Shown here piece by piece: positions 39,471 through 49,187 of a DNA stretch of 64,000 bases. Below the pieces are notes generated by a model. It ran no database searches. It was given only the letters and a program-made list of their open reading frames with translations, and was not told the DNA's origin. Each line of letters starts with the position of its first letter. Position 1 is the stretch's first letter. The position numbers and the translations under genes were made by a program. Source of the stretch: Bacteroidales bacterium (GTDB taxonomy: Bacteria; Bacteroidota; Bacteroidia; Bacteroidales; WCHB1-69); the NCBI GenBank assembly GCA_045130235.1, contig JBGUPJ010000025.1, forward strand, positions 16,873-80,872, written 5' to 3'.

Positions 39471-40949
39471 ATGGGACGCAAACGATTGATATTCCTTATA
39501 GGGTGGATTATGCTGCTGATTGTTCTTGTGGGTGCGCTGGGCATCAGCTTTTATCGTTTGTATGAGCAGGCCGAAAAGGCGCAGAAGTCGGCTTTCACTG
39601 GCAATGTGTTGAAAGTGGGGCGTGAGATTTCCGAAAAATTCAACGAAAGAATCAATGCTGAATTTTTGGCTGATACGGCATTGGTCTCTTATTCAAGGTC
39701 TTCAGATTCGCCCGACACCCATACCTTGTTGGTGATGGATAACGGTGTTCCAAGTGCGTTGCTTACGCAGACGGTCGCCGAATATCAGGGCGGGTTGGTC
39801 ATTCTAAAGCAAGATACCAGTTATTTCCATAGTGATGACAGCTCCAAACTAATCGTGCTCGATACGGTAGCCACTGGTCATTCTCTTTACACAGATTCTA
39901 TCATCAGCCGTATTCCCAGTCGTGAATTTACCAATATTGTGAAGAATACGCTTCACAAGAACGGGATGGACATTGAGTTTGAGTACGGTATCTTTAATTT
40001 CCCTAAGGACCATTTCATCATTAGGACGGCCTCCATGGACAAGAATATTGTGGACAAAGCCTATATTTTTGCTCTGCAGACCAACAATACGGAGGTATAT
40101 ACGCATTATCTCATTTTGAATTTCCCCTCGGAGCGTGCGTTCTTTCTCAAAAGAATGCTGCCTATCGTGTTGCCTATCGCTGGTATTATATTGTTACTCA
40201 GTTTGTTGATGATTATAATGATTATCATCTTGTCGCAGCAGAAACGCAACCAGGAGGTGAAGAATGATTTCATCAACAACATGACCCACGAGTTCAAGAC
40301 TCCCATCTCTACTATCTCGTTGGCTTGTGAGGCCATGGAGGATGACTCTATTCAGACGGATGCGGCGACCCGGAAAGCCTACGTCTCTATGATTCGTGCC
40401 GAAAATGAGCGTTTACAGAAAATGGTCACCAACATTCTTCAACTGGCACAGCTCAAGAAAGGACAGTTGAAGATCAATGCCGAGGATGTGAACGTGCATG
40501 GGGTGCTGAATGCTATTGTGAGGAGCTTTTCACTCCAGGTCACCAACCTTGGAGGCAAGTTTGTTACCCGTTTCAATGCGGAAATGCCCATCGTGGTCGC
40601 TGACAAATCGCACATTGAGAGCATTTTTATCAATCTGATTGAAAATGCGCTGAAATACAGCAATAAGGAACCGGTTATTGAGATCGCCTCTCGTTGTGAA
40701 CGGGGAATGTTGGTCGTTTCTGTAGAGGATAATGGCATTGGCATATCTAAGAAAAATCTGAAGCACATTTTCGATGAGTTTTATCGTGTGACTAAAGGAA
40801 ATGTACACGACAACAAAGGTTACGGTCTGGGACTCAACTATGTGCGGAAGATAGTGGAGTTGCATGGCGGTCAGGTGAAGGTGAAAAGCGTGTTAGGGGA
40901 AGGTTCCACATTTACTGTGTATTTACCCATTAAGAACAATAAAAAATGA
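39471..40949 (+). CDS. two-component sensor histidine kinase
   Basis: Two TM segments, H-box NMTHEFKTPIS, and HATPase_c motifs (NLIENALKYS, DNGIGI, GYGLGLNYV, GEGSTF). Confidence 0.9.
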   Translation: MGRKRLIFLIGWIMLLIVLVGALGISFYRLYEQAEKAQKSAFTGNVLKVGREISEKFNERINAEFLADTALVSYSRSSDSPDTHTLLVMDNGVPSALLTQTVAEYQGGLVILKQDTSYFHSDDSSKLIVLDTVATGHSLYTDSIISRIPSREFTNIVKNTLHKNGMDIEFEYGIFNFPKDHFIIRTASMDKNIVDKAYIFALQTNNTEVYTHYLILNFPSERAFFLKRMLPIVLPIAGIILLLSLLMIIMIIILSQQKRNQEVKNDFINNMTHEFKTPISTISLACEAMEDDSIQTDAATRKAYVSMIRAENERLQKMVTNILQLAQLKKGQLKINAEDVNVHGVLNAIVRSFSLQVTNLGGKFVTRFNAEMPIVVADKSHIESIFINLIENALKYSNKEPVIEIASRCERGMLVVSVEDNGIGISKKNLKHIFDEFYRVTKGNVHDNKGYGLGLNYVRKIVELHGGQVKVKSVLGEGSTFTVYLPIKNNKK

Positions 40950-41641
40950 ACGATATGGAAACTTGTAAGATTTTATTAGCAGAAGATGATGTCAATTTGG
41001 GAAAAGTGCTCACCACCTATCTCGAGGCTAAGGGTTTCTCGGTGATGCACGCCAACAACGGCGAAGTAGCCTACGAGATGTTCTGTGCCAACACTTTCGG
41101 CATCTGTCTTGTGGATGTGATGATGCCCATACAGGATGGTTTCACATTGGCTGAAAGTATTCGTAAGGTGGATCGCAAAATCCCCATTATCTTTTTGACT
41201 GCCAAGAGTATGCAGGAAGATATCCTTCAGGGATTATCCATCGGTGATGATTATGTCACCAAGCCGTTTTCTATGGAAGTGTTGCTCGCACGTATCCAAA
41301 CCGTGCTGCGCCGCGTCAACAGTTCCGATGAGGCTTCTAATGGACCGGTGATGGTGGGTTCCCTCAGCTTCGACCCCAACAAGCAGACACTCTCCAAGAA
41401 TGGGGAGGTGGTGGAGAAGCTTACTACCCGCGAGGTGGAGCTGCTCAGCATGCTGATTGAGAAAAAGAACGAGATAATGGAAAGAGGTTATGCGCTCAAA
41501 AAAATCTGGGGCGACGACAGCTTCTACAACGCCCGCAGCATGGATGTATATATCGCCAAACTGCGCCACAAGTTCAACGATCACGATCCCAGCATCAAGA
41601 TTATCAATGTGCATAGCATTGGTTTTAAGCTGGTTTTCTAA
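40946..41641 (+). CDS. OmpR/PhoB-type response regulator
   Basis: Receiver domain (ILLAEDD...CLVDVMMP...LTAK) plus winged-helix (LTTREVELLSML...IINVHSIGFKL). It overlaps the kinase gene by 4 nt (ATGA). Confidence 0.9.
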   Translation: MNDMETCKILLAEDDVNLGKVLTTYLEAKGFSVMHANNGEVAYEMFCANTFGICLVDVMMPIQDGFTLAESIRKVDRKIPIIFLTAKSMQEDILQGLSIGDDYVTKPFSMEVLLARIQTVLRRVNSSDEASNGPVMVGSLSFDPNKQTLSKNGEVVEKLTTREVELLSMLIEKKNEIMERGYALKKIWGDDSFYNARSMDVYIAKLRHKFNDHDPSIKIINVHSIGFKLVF

Positions 41642-41665
41642 CTACATCTTCTTCAGTAAGAACGG

Positions 41666-42745
41666 ATGCTGAGGTTTATTCTGAAAAGAATCGGTTATGG
41701 GCTGTTGCTCCTTTTCGGAGTGATTACCCTTGTTTTCTTCCTGTTTACGGTACTCCCCACCGACCCCGTCAGCGAGATTATGGGGCAGCACAACGACAAG
41801 AAGACTGAAGATGCCATCCGCCACCAGCTGGGCTTGGACTTGCCCATTGGGGTGCAGTACCTCGGCTACCTCAACGATCTTTCCCCCATATCGTGGCATC
41901 GTACCGATGATGCGACGAATTTCTTTTATCTGAATGACCGTAATTATCATTATGTCAAGGTGATGAGCTTTAAGAAGTCGGCGGTCGTGCTGAAAGCACC
42001 TTATTTGCGCCGCTCGTACCATGGCGATAGGCCGGTAGCCGATATCATCACTGAGGCGTTCCCCAAAACCATGCTGCTCGCCATCGTCTCCATCATCTTC
42101 GGCATCGTGGTGGGCATCTTCATCGGGGTGCTCTGTGCCATATACCAGGGCACATGGTTCGACAAGACCTCGCTGCTGGTGGCGGTGCTGGGCATGTCGG
42201 TGCCCTCATTTTTCGTTGCCATCCTCTTGGCATGGATTTTCGCCTATCTGCTGTCGGATTATACTGGTCTCAGCATGTTTGGAAGTCTCTATTCTGTTGA
42301 CGATTACGGAGAAGGGGTGTATGTGGATCTGAAGAATCTGATACTTCCGGCCATTACGCTGGGCATCAGGCCATTGGCTATCGTTATCGAGCTGACCAAA
42401 AGCTCGGTGCTGGATGTGATGTCGCAGGACTACATCCGTACCGCCCGCGCCAAGGGGGTGACACCCGCCCGCATCATGCTGAAACACGCCCTCAAGAACG
42501 CTCTCAACCCGGTGGTGACCGCCATCTCCGGCTGGTTGGCGGGACTGTTGGCCGGTGCCGTGTTCGTGGAGTACATCTTCGACTGGAAAGGGATGGGGGT
42601 GGTGATCGTTAATGCGCTCAATCAGAACGATTTGCCCGTGCTGATGGGGTCGTTGCTCTATATCTCTATCATTTTAGTGCTCATAAATATTGTTGTCGAT
42701 ATCATTTACGGCTGGCTCGATCCGCGTGTCAAGACCGCTGCATGA
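41666..42745 (+). CDS. ABC transporter permease, DppB/OppB type
   Basis: MLRFILKRIGYGLLLLFGVITLVFFL, DYIRTARAKGV motif, six TM segments. No cognate ATPase or binding protein is present in the window. Confidence 0.8.
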   Translation: MLRFILKRIGYGLLLLFGVITLVFFLFTVLPTDPVSEIMGQHNDKKTEDAIRHQLGLDLPIGVQYLGYLNDLSPISWHRTDDATNFFYLNDRNYHYVKVMSFKKSAVVLKAPYLRRSYHGDRPVADIITEAFPKTMLLAIVSIIFGIVVGIFIGVLCAIYQGTWFDKTSLLVAVLGMSVPSFFVAILLAWIFAYLLSDYTGLSMFGSLYSVDDYGEGVYVDLKNLILPAITLGIRPLAIVIELTKSSVLDVMSQDYIRTARAKGVTPARIMLKHALKNALNPVVTAISGWLAGLLAGAVFVEYIFDWKGMGVVIVNALNQNDLPVLMGSLLYISIILVLINIVVDIIYGWLDPRVKTAA

Positions 42746-42805
42746 CCTTTTTTAGTATAAAATTTTATTAAGTAATTATAAATCAAATTATTAAAAACAA
42801 AAAGT

Positions 42806-44020
42806 ATGAAAGTTTTAGTTATCAACTGCGGAAGTTCTTCCCTCAAGTACCAACTCATTGACATGGCCAACAATGCCGAGCTGAAAGCCAAAGGTTTGGT
42901 GGAGCGTATCGGTTTGGAAATGGGCGAGTTCACCCATAAGCCGGTCGGCAAGGACAAATATTACACTCAGACTCCCATTCCGGATCACGCTGCCGGTATC
43001 AAGCTGGTGCTGGATGCACTTACCGACCCCAAGATGGGCGTGATCTCCTCCCTCGATGAGATTGGCGCAGTGGGTCACCGCGTGGCTCACGGCGGCGAGT
43101 ATTTCACCCAAAGCTGTCTGATCGACGACAAGGCCATCGCCGAGATCGAAAAACTCTGCAAGATTGCTCCGCTCCACAATCCTGCCAGCCTCGTGGGTAT
43201 CAACTCCATGAAGCAGCTGCTGCCCAACGTGCCGCACGTGGCCGTTTTCGACACCTCCTTCCATCAGACCATGCCGCCTCACGCTTATCTGTATGCCATT
43301 CCTTACAAATATTATGAAGAAGACCGTATCCGTCGCTATGGTTTCCACGGCACCAGCCACAAGTTTGTGGGCCCCCGCGCCGCTGAAATCGCCGGTGTGG
43401 ACTACAACCACTCCAAAATCATCAGCTGCCACCTCGGTAGCGGCGCTTCCATCTGCGCCATCAAGGACGGCAAGTCGGTGGATACCTCTATGGGCTTCAC
43501 TCCGGTGGAAGGCCTCGTGATGGGTACCCGCTGCGGCGACCTCGACCTCGGCGTGATGCTGCACATCGCAGAGAAAGAGAATATGAACTTCAAGCAGATC
43601 ACCACCTTCATCAACAAAGAGTGCGGTCTGAAGGGCGTTTCTGGCAAGGGCGTTGACATGCGCGACATCCGTGCCGGCAAAGAGGCGGGCGATATGCGTT
43701 CCACCTACGCTTTCGACATGTTCTCCTACAGAGTGAAGAAATATATCGGTGCTTATGCAGCTGCCATGGGCGGTGTGGACGTCATCCTGTTCACCGGCGG
43801 TATCGGCGAGAATGCCTTCTTCCAGAGAGAGCCCATCTGCGAAGGTTTGGAGTTCCTCGGCGCCAAGCTCGATAAAGAGAAAAACAAGACCGTCATCGGC
43901 GACGACGCCATCATTTCCACTCCCGACTCCAAGGTGAAAATCGTGGTGGTGGCCACCAACGAAGAGCTGGTGATTGCTACCGACACCTACAATATTGCCA
44001 TGGGCAAGGTGGTGAAATAG
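42806..44020 (+). CDS. ackA: acetate kinase
   Basis: MKVLVINCGSSSLKYQL, GHRVAHGG, FHGTSH, EELVIA. Confidence 0.96.
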   Translation: MKVLVINCGSSSLKYQLIDMANNAELKAKGLVERIGLEMGEFTHKPVGKDKYYTQTPIPDHAAGIKLVLDALTDPKMGVISSLDEIGAVGHRVAHGGEYFTQSCLIDDKAIAEIEKLCKIAPLHNPASLVGINSMKQLLPNVPHVAVFDTSFHQTMPPHAYLYAIPYKYYEEDRIRRYGFHGTSHKFVGPRAAEIAGVDYNHSKIISCHLGSGASICAIKDGKSVDTSMGFTPVEGLVMGTRCGDLDLGVMLHIAEKENMNFKQITTFINKECGLKGVSGKGVDMRDIRAGKEAGDMRSTYAFDMFSYRVKKYIGAYAAAMGGVDVILFTGGIGENAFFQREPICEGLEFLGAKLDKEKNKTVIGDDAIISTPDSKVKIVVVATNEELVIATDTYNIAMGKVVK

Positions 44021-44052
44021 TGAGGTCGTAGAACCACAGACCCCATTAATTT

Positions 44053-44093
44053 ATAAATAGAGGGCTGTCACATTGTGGCAGCCCTCTATTTAT
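44053..44093. terminator. bidirectional terminator, 15-bp perfect inverted repeat
   Basis: ATAAATAGAGGGCTG (44053-44067) / CAGCCCTCTATTTAT (44079-44093), between convergent ackA and the M16 gene. Confidence 0.75.
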
Positions 44094-44123
44094 AATCGAA
44101 TGCTGTAGCACCTTTCCGCTTGC

Positions 44124-47030
44124 TTACTTCATGATGTCCTTGACCTTCACCTCAATGATGTTGTATTGGTCGCTCAGCGACTGCAGATTCATGCGTTTCT
44201 TGTCGCCGGCCACGGTGATGACCATAGGGCTGCCCGACGTGGATTGCTCGTAGAATTTCTTTACTTCTTCGTAGGTGATATTGTGCAGGTAATCAATCTG
44301 TTTCTGCAGCGGATCCTCATTGATTTGCTGTGCCCGCCAACGATACACCTGCTGTGGGATGTCGCGGAAATGTGTCGATGACGACTCCATTTTCTTGATG
44401 GCTGACTCCTTGGCGGCCTCGAACTTCTCGGGTTTTTCGGGGAATTTCGTCAGCAGTTTCCCCATCTCCTCGCAGCCTTCCAAAGTCTTGTCGGCCTGTG
44501 TGCCGAGGAAACCCCATATCATGCCGGGACGGCGGTTGAGCCAGTCGTAGTCGTAGCGCCCGTGAGCAGAGTATCCGAGGGAACGCAATTCTCTGATTTC
44601 TTGGAAGATGACGCCTGCCATGCTGCCACCCATGTATTCGTTGTAGGCATGGCATACCATGCGCTGCTGCATATCTTTCACAGGCTGGGCTTGCAGATAG
44701 AAATAGATGTTGCTCTGGAGGAAGCTTTTGTTGGAAACCATCAGGATGGTGGGCTTGTCGTATTTCACAAGGGGAGCGACATTGTGTTCGCCCTTTTCCC
44801 ATTTCCGGTCTTCGGGAAGGAGACTTTTGCGCAGCAATTCAGCCACCATGTCGGGAGCGTGGTTGCCCACGTAGTTCACATGCCCGTCGTACTTCAGCGT
44901 TTCACTGAAAACGGACAGCAACTCTTCGCCGCTCACCTTCTTCAACTCCTTGAGTGTCATTTTGTTGATCTCTGGCGAATTTTCTCCGTAGATGGCGTAG
45001 TAGAACAGAGCGCGGCCCCATGCGCTGGCATCTTTTTTCATCATCTTTTGGGCGGAAAGTTCCTCGTTGATGAGGGTGGCGAGCTTGCTCTCGTCGTTGG
45101 CAGGTGCAAGGATTTTCTCGCTGCAAAGCTGTATCACCTCTTTGATCTGATTGTCAAATCCGCTGATGGAGATGGCGGTTTGTTCAGCGTTGGCGGAAAT
45201 TTCCAGCGATGCCCCCATCTGCTGCAAAGCCATCTGGAACTCGTTGAACGACTGCTGTTTTGTGCCCTGCTGCTCGATGTAGCTGATGGCATTGTCAAGG
45301 CGCTTGTCGTTCAATGTGCCGTAATTGTACACAATGGTAAGGGTGAAGATGTCGTTGACGGGATTGTGAGTGCTGTAAAGGGTGAAAGCGGGGTTGATGT
45401 CGTTTTCTTTTACCGTTTTTTGAATGTCGAGGGTAAAGGGTTTCATCTCCTTGGCCGGCATCTTAGCGATTTTTTGGGCGTATTCAGACTCCTTGTCGGT
45501 GTTTTGCGCCACCACCGGCGACCAGTTGGGCTTGTTGAGTTTCTCTTGATTCTTGACGCCCATGCTGGAGCGAACGATGAGGCAGTTGTCGGAGAAGTAA
45601 TGCGCCGCCTTTTTTATCAATTCCTCTTTGGTCAGATTGCGGATAATATCTTGTGTTTTCAGGTACAAACCGGGATCCTTCTGGTCGGTCACTATGCCTA
45701 ACACGGTGTAGAATTTGCTCTCCAGCGTCTCCATTTCCGTCAGGTATTCGGTCAGGTACTCCATCTGCACCGCTTTGAAGAGTTCGTCGCTGAATTGACC
45801 TTTTTTCAGCGAGTCGATGGCGGCGAAGATGAGGGATTCGGCCTGCTCGTGCGACTGGCCAATGATTTTGGGCACATACATGAAGGCGAAAAGTCCCTCT
45901 TCGAGCAGGCTGTAGTTGAAGCTGTAGGCCATGAGCAGTTTGTTCTCGTTGTTGAGCTGGTCGATAAGTCCGGTGGAGGAGTTGTTGTTGAGAAGGCGGC
46001 CCATGATGTCGAGGTAGAGGGCGTCTTCATGGTCGGCACCCACGGTAAGGAAGCCGATGACACCCATCTTGACGGGCGTTTCGCGCATGGTGAAAACCTG
46101 CTGTCCAGAAGGGGTGGGGAGGGTGCGATGAAGGCGCGTGTCCATGCGTTCGGTGCGGTATGCCAGCTGCTTGTCCACGCCGGGCGCTTCGTTGTGCAAT
46201 TGTCCGATGGTGCGTTCCAACAGAGGCTTGAGACCGTCGGCGTTGAAGTCGCCCACCAGCACGAGGGTCATGTTGCAGGGGTGGTAGTAGGTGTTGAAGA
46301 ACTTTTGCATGGCCGAGGTCTGCGGGTTCTTCAGGTGCTGGGGGTAGCCGATTACCGGACGGCCGTAGGGGTGACCGCCGCAGGCCATCTCGACGGCATC
46401 TTCCATGAAGACCGCCAGCGGGTTGTCGTGATACATGTTGTATTCCTCGTACACCGCCTCCAATTCGCTCTGGAAGAGGCGGAACACCGGACGGCGGAAA
46501 CGCTCCATATAAACCGTCAGCCATTTCTCCAACTGGTTGGATGGAAAGCAGTTGTGGTAGCAGGTGACATCGTTGCTGGTGAAGGCGTTGACGTTCTCAC
46601 CGCCCATCTTGTTCAGGATCACATCCACCTCGTTGGGGATGGCGTACTGGGTGGCTTGGTTGCTCAGCTGGTTGATATGTTTCAGCAGGTCGTCGCGCTG
46701 TTGCGGGTCGGTAGTGCCGTGCAGCTGGTCGTACAGCAGGTCGATGCTGTCGAGATACACGCGCTCCTTCTCCCAGTCAAGCGTGCCGATGCGGTCGGTG
46801 CCTTTGAACATCAGGTGTTCTAGGTAGTGGGCCATGCCGGTATTGTCTTCGGGGTCGTTTTTCGAGCCCACATGCACACATACCGCGCCATAGATTTGCG
46901 GTTGGTTGTGGTCTTCGCACAACACCACGTTCATTCCGTTGGACAGGGTAAGGGTGGTGAGGGGTTGATTTTGTGCAAACAGACAAATAGTCAGGATGTT
47001 ACAGACTAATAGAAGGAGGATTTTTTTCAT
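44124..47030 (-). CDS. M16-family (insulinase/pitrilysin-like) zinc peptidase, double-length
   Basis: Signal peptide MKKILLLLVCNILTICLFAQ and inverted zinc motif HxxEH in GMAHYLEHLMFKG; 969 aa. The start was moved from 47090 to ATG 47030. Confidence 0.85.
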   Translation of the reverse strand: MKKILLLLVCNILTICLFAQNQPLTTLTLSNGMNVVLCEDHNQPQIYGAVCVHVGSKNDPEDNTGMAHYLEHLMFKGTDRIGTLDWEKERVYLDSIDLLYDQLHGTTDPQQRDDLLKHINQLSNQATQYAIPNEVDVILNKMGGENVNAFTSNDVTCYHNCFPSNQLEKWLTVYMERFRRPVFRLFQSELEAVYEEYNMYHDNPLAVFMEDAVEMACGGHPYGRPVIGYPQHLKNPQTSAMQKFFNTYYHPCNMTLVLVGDFNADGLKPLLERTIGQLHNEAPGVDKQLAYRTERMDTRLHRTLPTPSGQQVFTMRETPVKMGVIGFLTVGADHEDALYLDIMGRLLNNNSSTGLIDQLNNENKLLMAYSFNYSLLEEGLFAFMYVPKIIGQSHEQAESLIFAAIDSLKKGQFSDELFKAVQMEYLTEYLTEMETLESKFYTVLGIVTDQKDPGLYLKTQDIIRNLTKEELIKKAAHYFSDNCLIVRSSMGVKNQEKLNKPNWSPVVAQNTDKESEYAQKIAKMPAKEMKPFTLDIQKTVKENDINPAFTLYSTHNPVNDIFTLTIVYNYGTLNDKRLDNAISYIEQQGTKQQSFNEFQMALQQMGASLEISANAEQTAISISGFDNQIKEVIQLCSEKILAPANDESKLATLINEELSAQKMMKKDASAWGRALFYYAIYGENSPEINKMTLKELKKVSGEELLSVFSETLKYDGHVNYVGNHAPDMVAELLRKSLLPEDRKWEKGEHNVAPLVKYDKPTILMVSNKSFLQSNIYFYLQAQPVKDMQQRMVCHAYNEYMGGSMAGVIFQEIRELRSLGYSAHGRYDYDWLNRRPGMIWGFLGTQADKTLEGCEEMGKLLTKFPEKPEKFEAAKESAIKKMESSSTHFRDIPQQVYRWRAQQINEDPLQKQIDYLHNITYEEVKKFYEQSTSGSPMVITVAGDKKRMNLQSLSDQYNIIEVKVKDIMK

Positions 47031-47044
47031 ATAATAAATTTTTG

Positions 47045-47052
47045 CAAAGATA
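47045..47052 (-). promoter_or_regulatory. -7 promoter element TATCTTTG for the M16 peptidase gene
   Basis: + strand caaagata, 15 nt upstream of ATG 47030. Confidence 0.45.
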
Positions 47053-47108
47053 ATAAAAATGCCATTGCCGCTGCAATGGATCACCATCAATTCTCACGCT
47101 CCCTTTCT

Positions 47109-47143
47109 CCATTTTCAATTTTCAGTTTTCCATTTTCAATTTA
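47109..47143 (+). repeat. short-period repeat (A/G)TTTTCA(G) units
   Basis: ccattttcaattttcagttttccattttcaattt. Related tracts occur at 48057-48088 and 30700-30730. Confidence 0.85.
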
Positions 47144-47147
47144 TTTG

Positions 47148-47155
47148 TATCTTTG
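47148..47155 (+). promoter_or_regulatory. -7 promoter element TATCTTTG
   Basis: 27 nt upstream of ATG 47182. Confidence 0.45.
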
Positions 47156-47181
47156 CCGCATCTTTTTTAACCCCTATCGTC

Positions 47182-47958
47182 ATGAATGGCAAAGACAAGT
47201 GTAGTTACCTGAAAGCGATTCGCCGCGAAATAGCAGCGGCCAACGGCATTGACTTGGAGATTCCCGAATGCACCTTCGAGGGTGAGTGCTCCGGCACCTG
47301 TCCCCGCTGCGAAGGGGAGGTACGGCAGTTGGAGAGAGCAATCTCACAACGGCGGAAACTCTCCCAAAAGGTAGCCATTCTCGGCGTGGCGGCAGGATTG
47401 TCGCTGGCGGGGATGTCGCCCGCTGTCGCCCAAACGGAACCCTCGTGCGACAGCACCAAAACGCAGTTGACTGCGGGACTTGTGGAGAGAAAAGTGCCTG
47501 AACATGTGCTAGTCGGACTGGTTGACACACATTATGAATATTTCTCACATGATTTTCTCAATTTTGGTCCCACATCTACTGTGTTTGATTTTGCTGAGAA
47601 GACTCCTCTGAGACGAATCGGTGATGCCCAAAAAACGGATTTGTCGAAGTGCGATGTGAAATCCCCTATGTTTCCGGGTGGGGAGGATGAGATGAAGCGG
47701 TTCGTTCGAGAGAATTTCATCGTTCCAGAAACGGCTTGTGAGCTGAGAACTGACGGTGATGTCGTTGTGGCATTCCGGGTGAGCACGAAAGGAAAGGTGA
47801 GTGGCGTCAAGGTGAAAGGCAAAGCCGACCCTGCTGTAAAAAATGCGTTGAGAAAAGTCTTCCGCTCCATGCCTTTGTGGAATCCTGCCACTGTCGATGG
47901 CGAGGTGGTCTCCGGCTATGTGCATGTCCCCATCACATTCCTGCGTAAAGAAGAGTAA
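47182..47958 (+). CDS. TonB C-terminal-domain protein with Cys-rich cytoplasmic N-terminus
   Basis: N-terminus MNGKDKCSYLK...PECTFEGECSGTCPRCEGE, TM VAILGVAAGLSLAGM, and TonB_C-like PMFPGGEDEMKRFVRENF...VVVAFRVSTKGKVSGVKV...VSGYVHVPITF. Confidence 0.7.
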   Translation: MNGKDKCSYLKAIRREIAAANGIDLEIPECTFEGECSGTCPRCEGEVRQLERAISQRRKLSQKVAILGVAAGLSLAGMSPAVAQTEPSCDSTKTQLTAGLVERKVPEHVLVGLVDTHYEYFSHDFLNFGPTSTVFDFAEKTPLRRIGDAQKTDLSKCDVKSPMFPGGEDEMKRFVRENFIVPETACELRTDGDVVVAFRVSTKGKVSGVKVKGKADPAVKNALRKVFRSMPLWNPATVDGEVVSGYVHVPITFLRKEE

Positions 47959-47982
47959 CCGAGAGATTGTTGGATATTAATT

Positions 47983-48088
47983 AATGGTTAATAATTAATA
48001 ATTAATAACCATTGACTATTAACTATTAACTATTAACAATTAACTCCTAACTCTCCATTTTCAGTTTTCAATTTTCAGTTTTCAGTTT
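47983..48088. repeat. composite AT-rich repeat block: hairpin AATGGTTA...TAACCATT, heptamers CTATTAA x3 plus variants, then ATTTTCAG-type units
   Basis: Read directly: hairpin 47983-48013, heptamers 48016-48050, octamer-like units 48057-48088. The last units encode the C-terminal KLKTEN* of the minus-strand gene. Confidence 0.9.
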
Positions 48089-49096
48089 AACAAACACTGG
48101 CAGGTGGTCGGCATAGCCGCCGATGTACCGTGGACCGGAATAGGTGCGGTACACGCGGTAGCCGCCGTACTTGTCGTCGGGTTCCACCATGAAGTCAGCC
48201 ATGAAGATGTGCGCTTGTTGTCCGATGATATACGTGCCGCTGTCATCCAGCAGGGCAGGGGAGACGATGATCTGGTCGAGGCAGCCCCAGAAGTCCTCGT
48301 GCTTGTGCGAGCCGATGTTGGGTAGGTCGAGGAAATGGAACATGAGGTCGAACAGGGTGTGCTGGCTGTGGTCGTCCTTCTCCCAATTGCCGGCGCACAG
48401 CACCTCGGTGATGCTCTCGTCGGTGGGATAGTCGTTGAAGTCGCCGGTAATCAGGATGTTGGCGGTGGGTTCGCGGGCCAGTATCGAGTCGGCGAGCGTG
48501 CGCACCACCCGCGCATAGTGATTCCGCTTAGGTATGGTGGGAGCGTAGCCGCCGTAGCGCGAGGTCCAGTGGTTGACTACAATATGGATGGAGTCGCCGT
48601 TGGGCAGCCGGGCCACCACATACAGCAGGTCGCGGTTGCGGCAGGCCGTGTCGAAGGGAAACACCACCGGCACGGCGCGTTCCCGCAGGATGGCGATGCG
48701 GTCGGCGCGGTAGAGGAGCGCCACATCCACCCCGCGCGCGTCGGGCGAGTCGTGGTGCACGTAGCGGTAGCCGTAACCCTTCAGCGGTGAGTCGTAGCAC
48801 AGCTTTTTCAGCACCGCCGCGCACTCCACCTCCGCCAGCCCCATGATGTCGGGCGGCTCCCATCCGTTCAGGGCCAGCAGCACCTTCCCGATGTTGTTGA
48901 TTTTGCGGGTGTATTTGCCGTAAGTCCAGTGGTACAGCCCCGTCGGCGTGAACGCATCATCGTTTTTCAGCGAGTCGTCGCTGGGGTGGAACAGGTTTTC
49001 CACGTTGTAAAAACCGATGACAATAGGGCTAACTTCCTGCGCAGTCAGCGCGAAGCTACATATTGTTAATATAGTGCAAATGAGTGTTGTTTTCAT
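48068..49096 (-). CDS. endonuclease/exonuclease/phosphatase (EEP) family protein, secreted
   Basis: Signal peptide MKTTLICTILTICSFALTAQ. Motifs GFYNVENLF, IMGLAEVE, HIVVNHWTSR, ITGDFND and DHLPV. Confidence 0.8.
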   Translation of the reverse strand: MKTTLICTILTICSFALTAQEVSPIVIGFYNVENLFHPSDDSLKNDDAFTPTGLYHWTYGKYTRKINNIGKVLLALNGWEPPDIMGLAEVECAAVLKKLCYDSPLKGYGYRYVHHDSPDARGVDVALLYRADRIAILRERAVPVVFPFDTACRNRDLLYVVARLPNGDSIHIVVNHWTSRYGGYAPTIPKRNHYARVVRTLADSILAREPTANILITGDFNDYPTDESITEVLCAGNWEKDDHSQHTLFDLMFHFLDLPNIGSHKHEDFWGCLDQIIVSPALLDDSGTYIIGQQAHIFMADFMVEPDDKYGGYRVYRTYSGPRYIGGYADHLPVFVKLKTEN

Positions 49097-49128
49097 CTTG
49101 CCTCCTCGTTTAGTTCAAATTGAGGCTG

Positions 49129-49136
49129 CAAAGATA
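49129..49136 (-). promoter_or_regulatory. -7 promoter element TATCTTTG
   Basis: + strand caaagata, 33 nt upstream of ATG 49096. Confidence 0.45.
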
Positions 49137-49187
49137 CAACTTTATTTTCAAATATTTACAATCAATTAAAAATAATTTAATAAAATT

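Noticed and set aside
44562-46823. Two long + strand ORFs (379 and 342 aa)
   Set aside because: Both are antisense to the M16 peptidase gene, which has the HxxEH motif and a signal peptide. They are stop-codon-poor antisense frames of GC-rich coding DNA.
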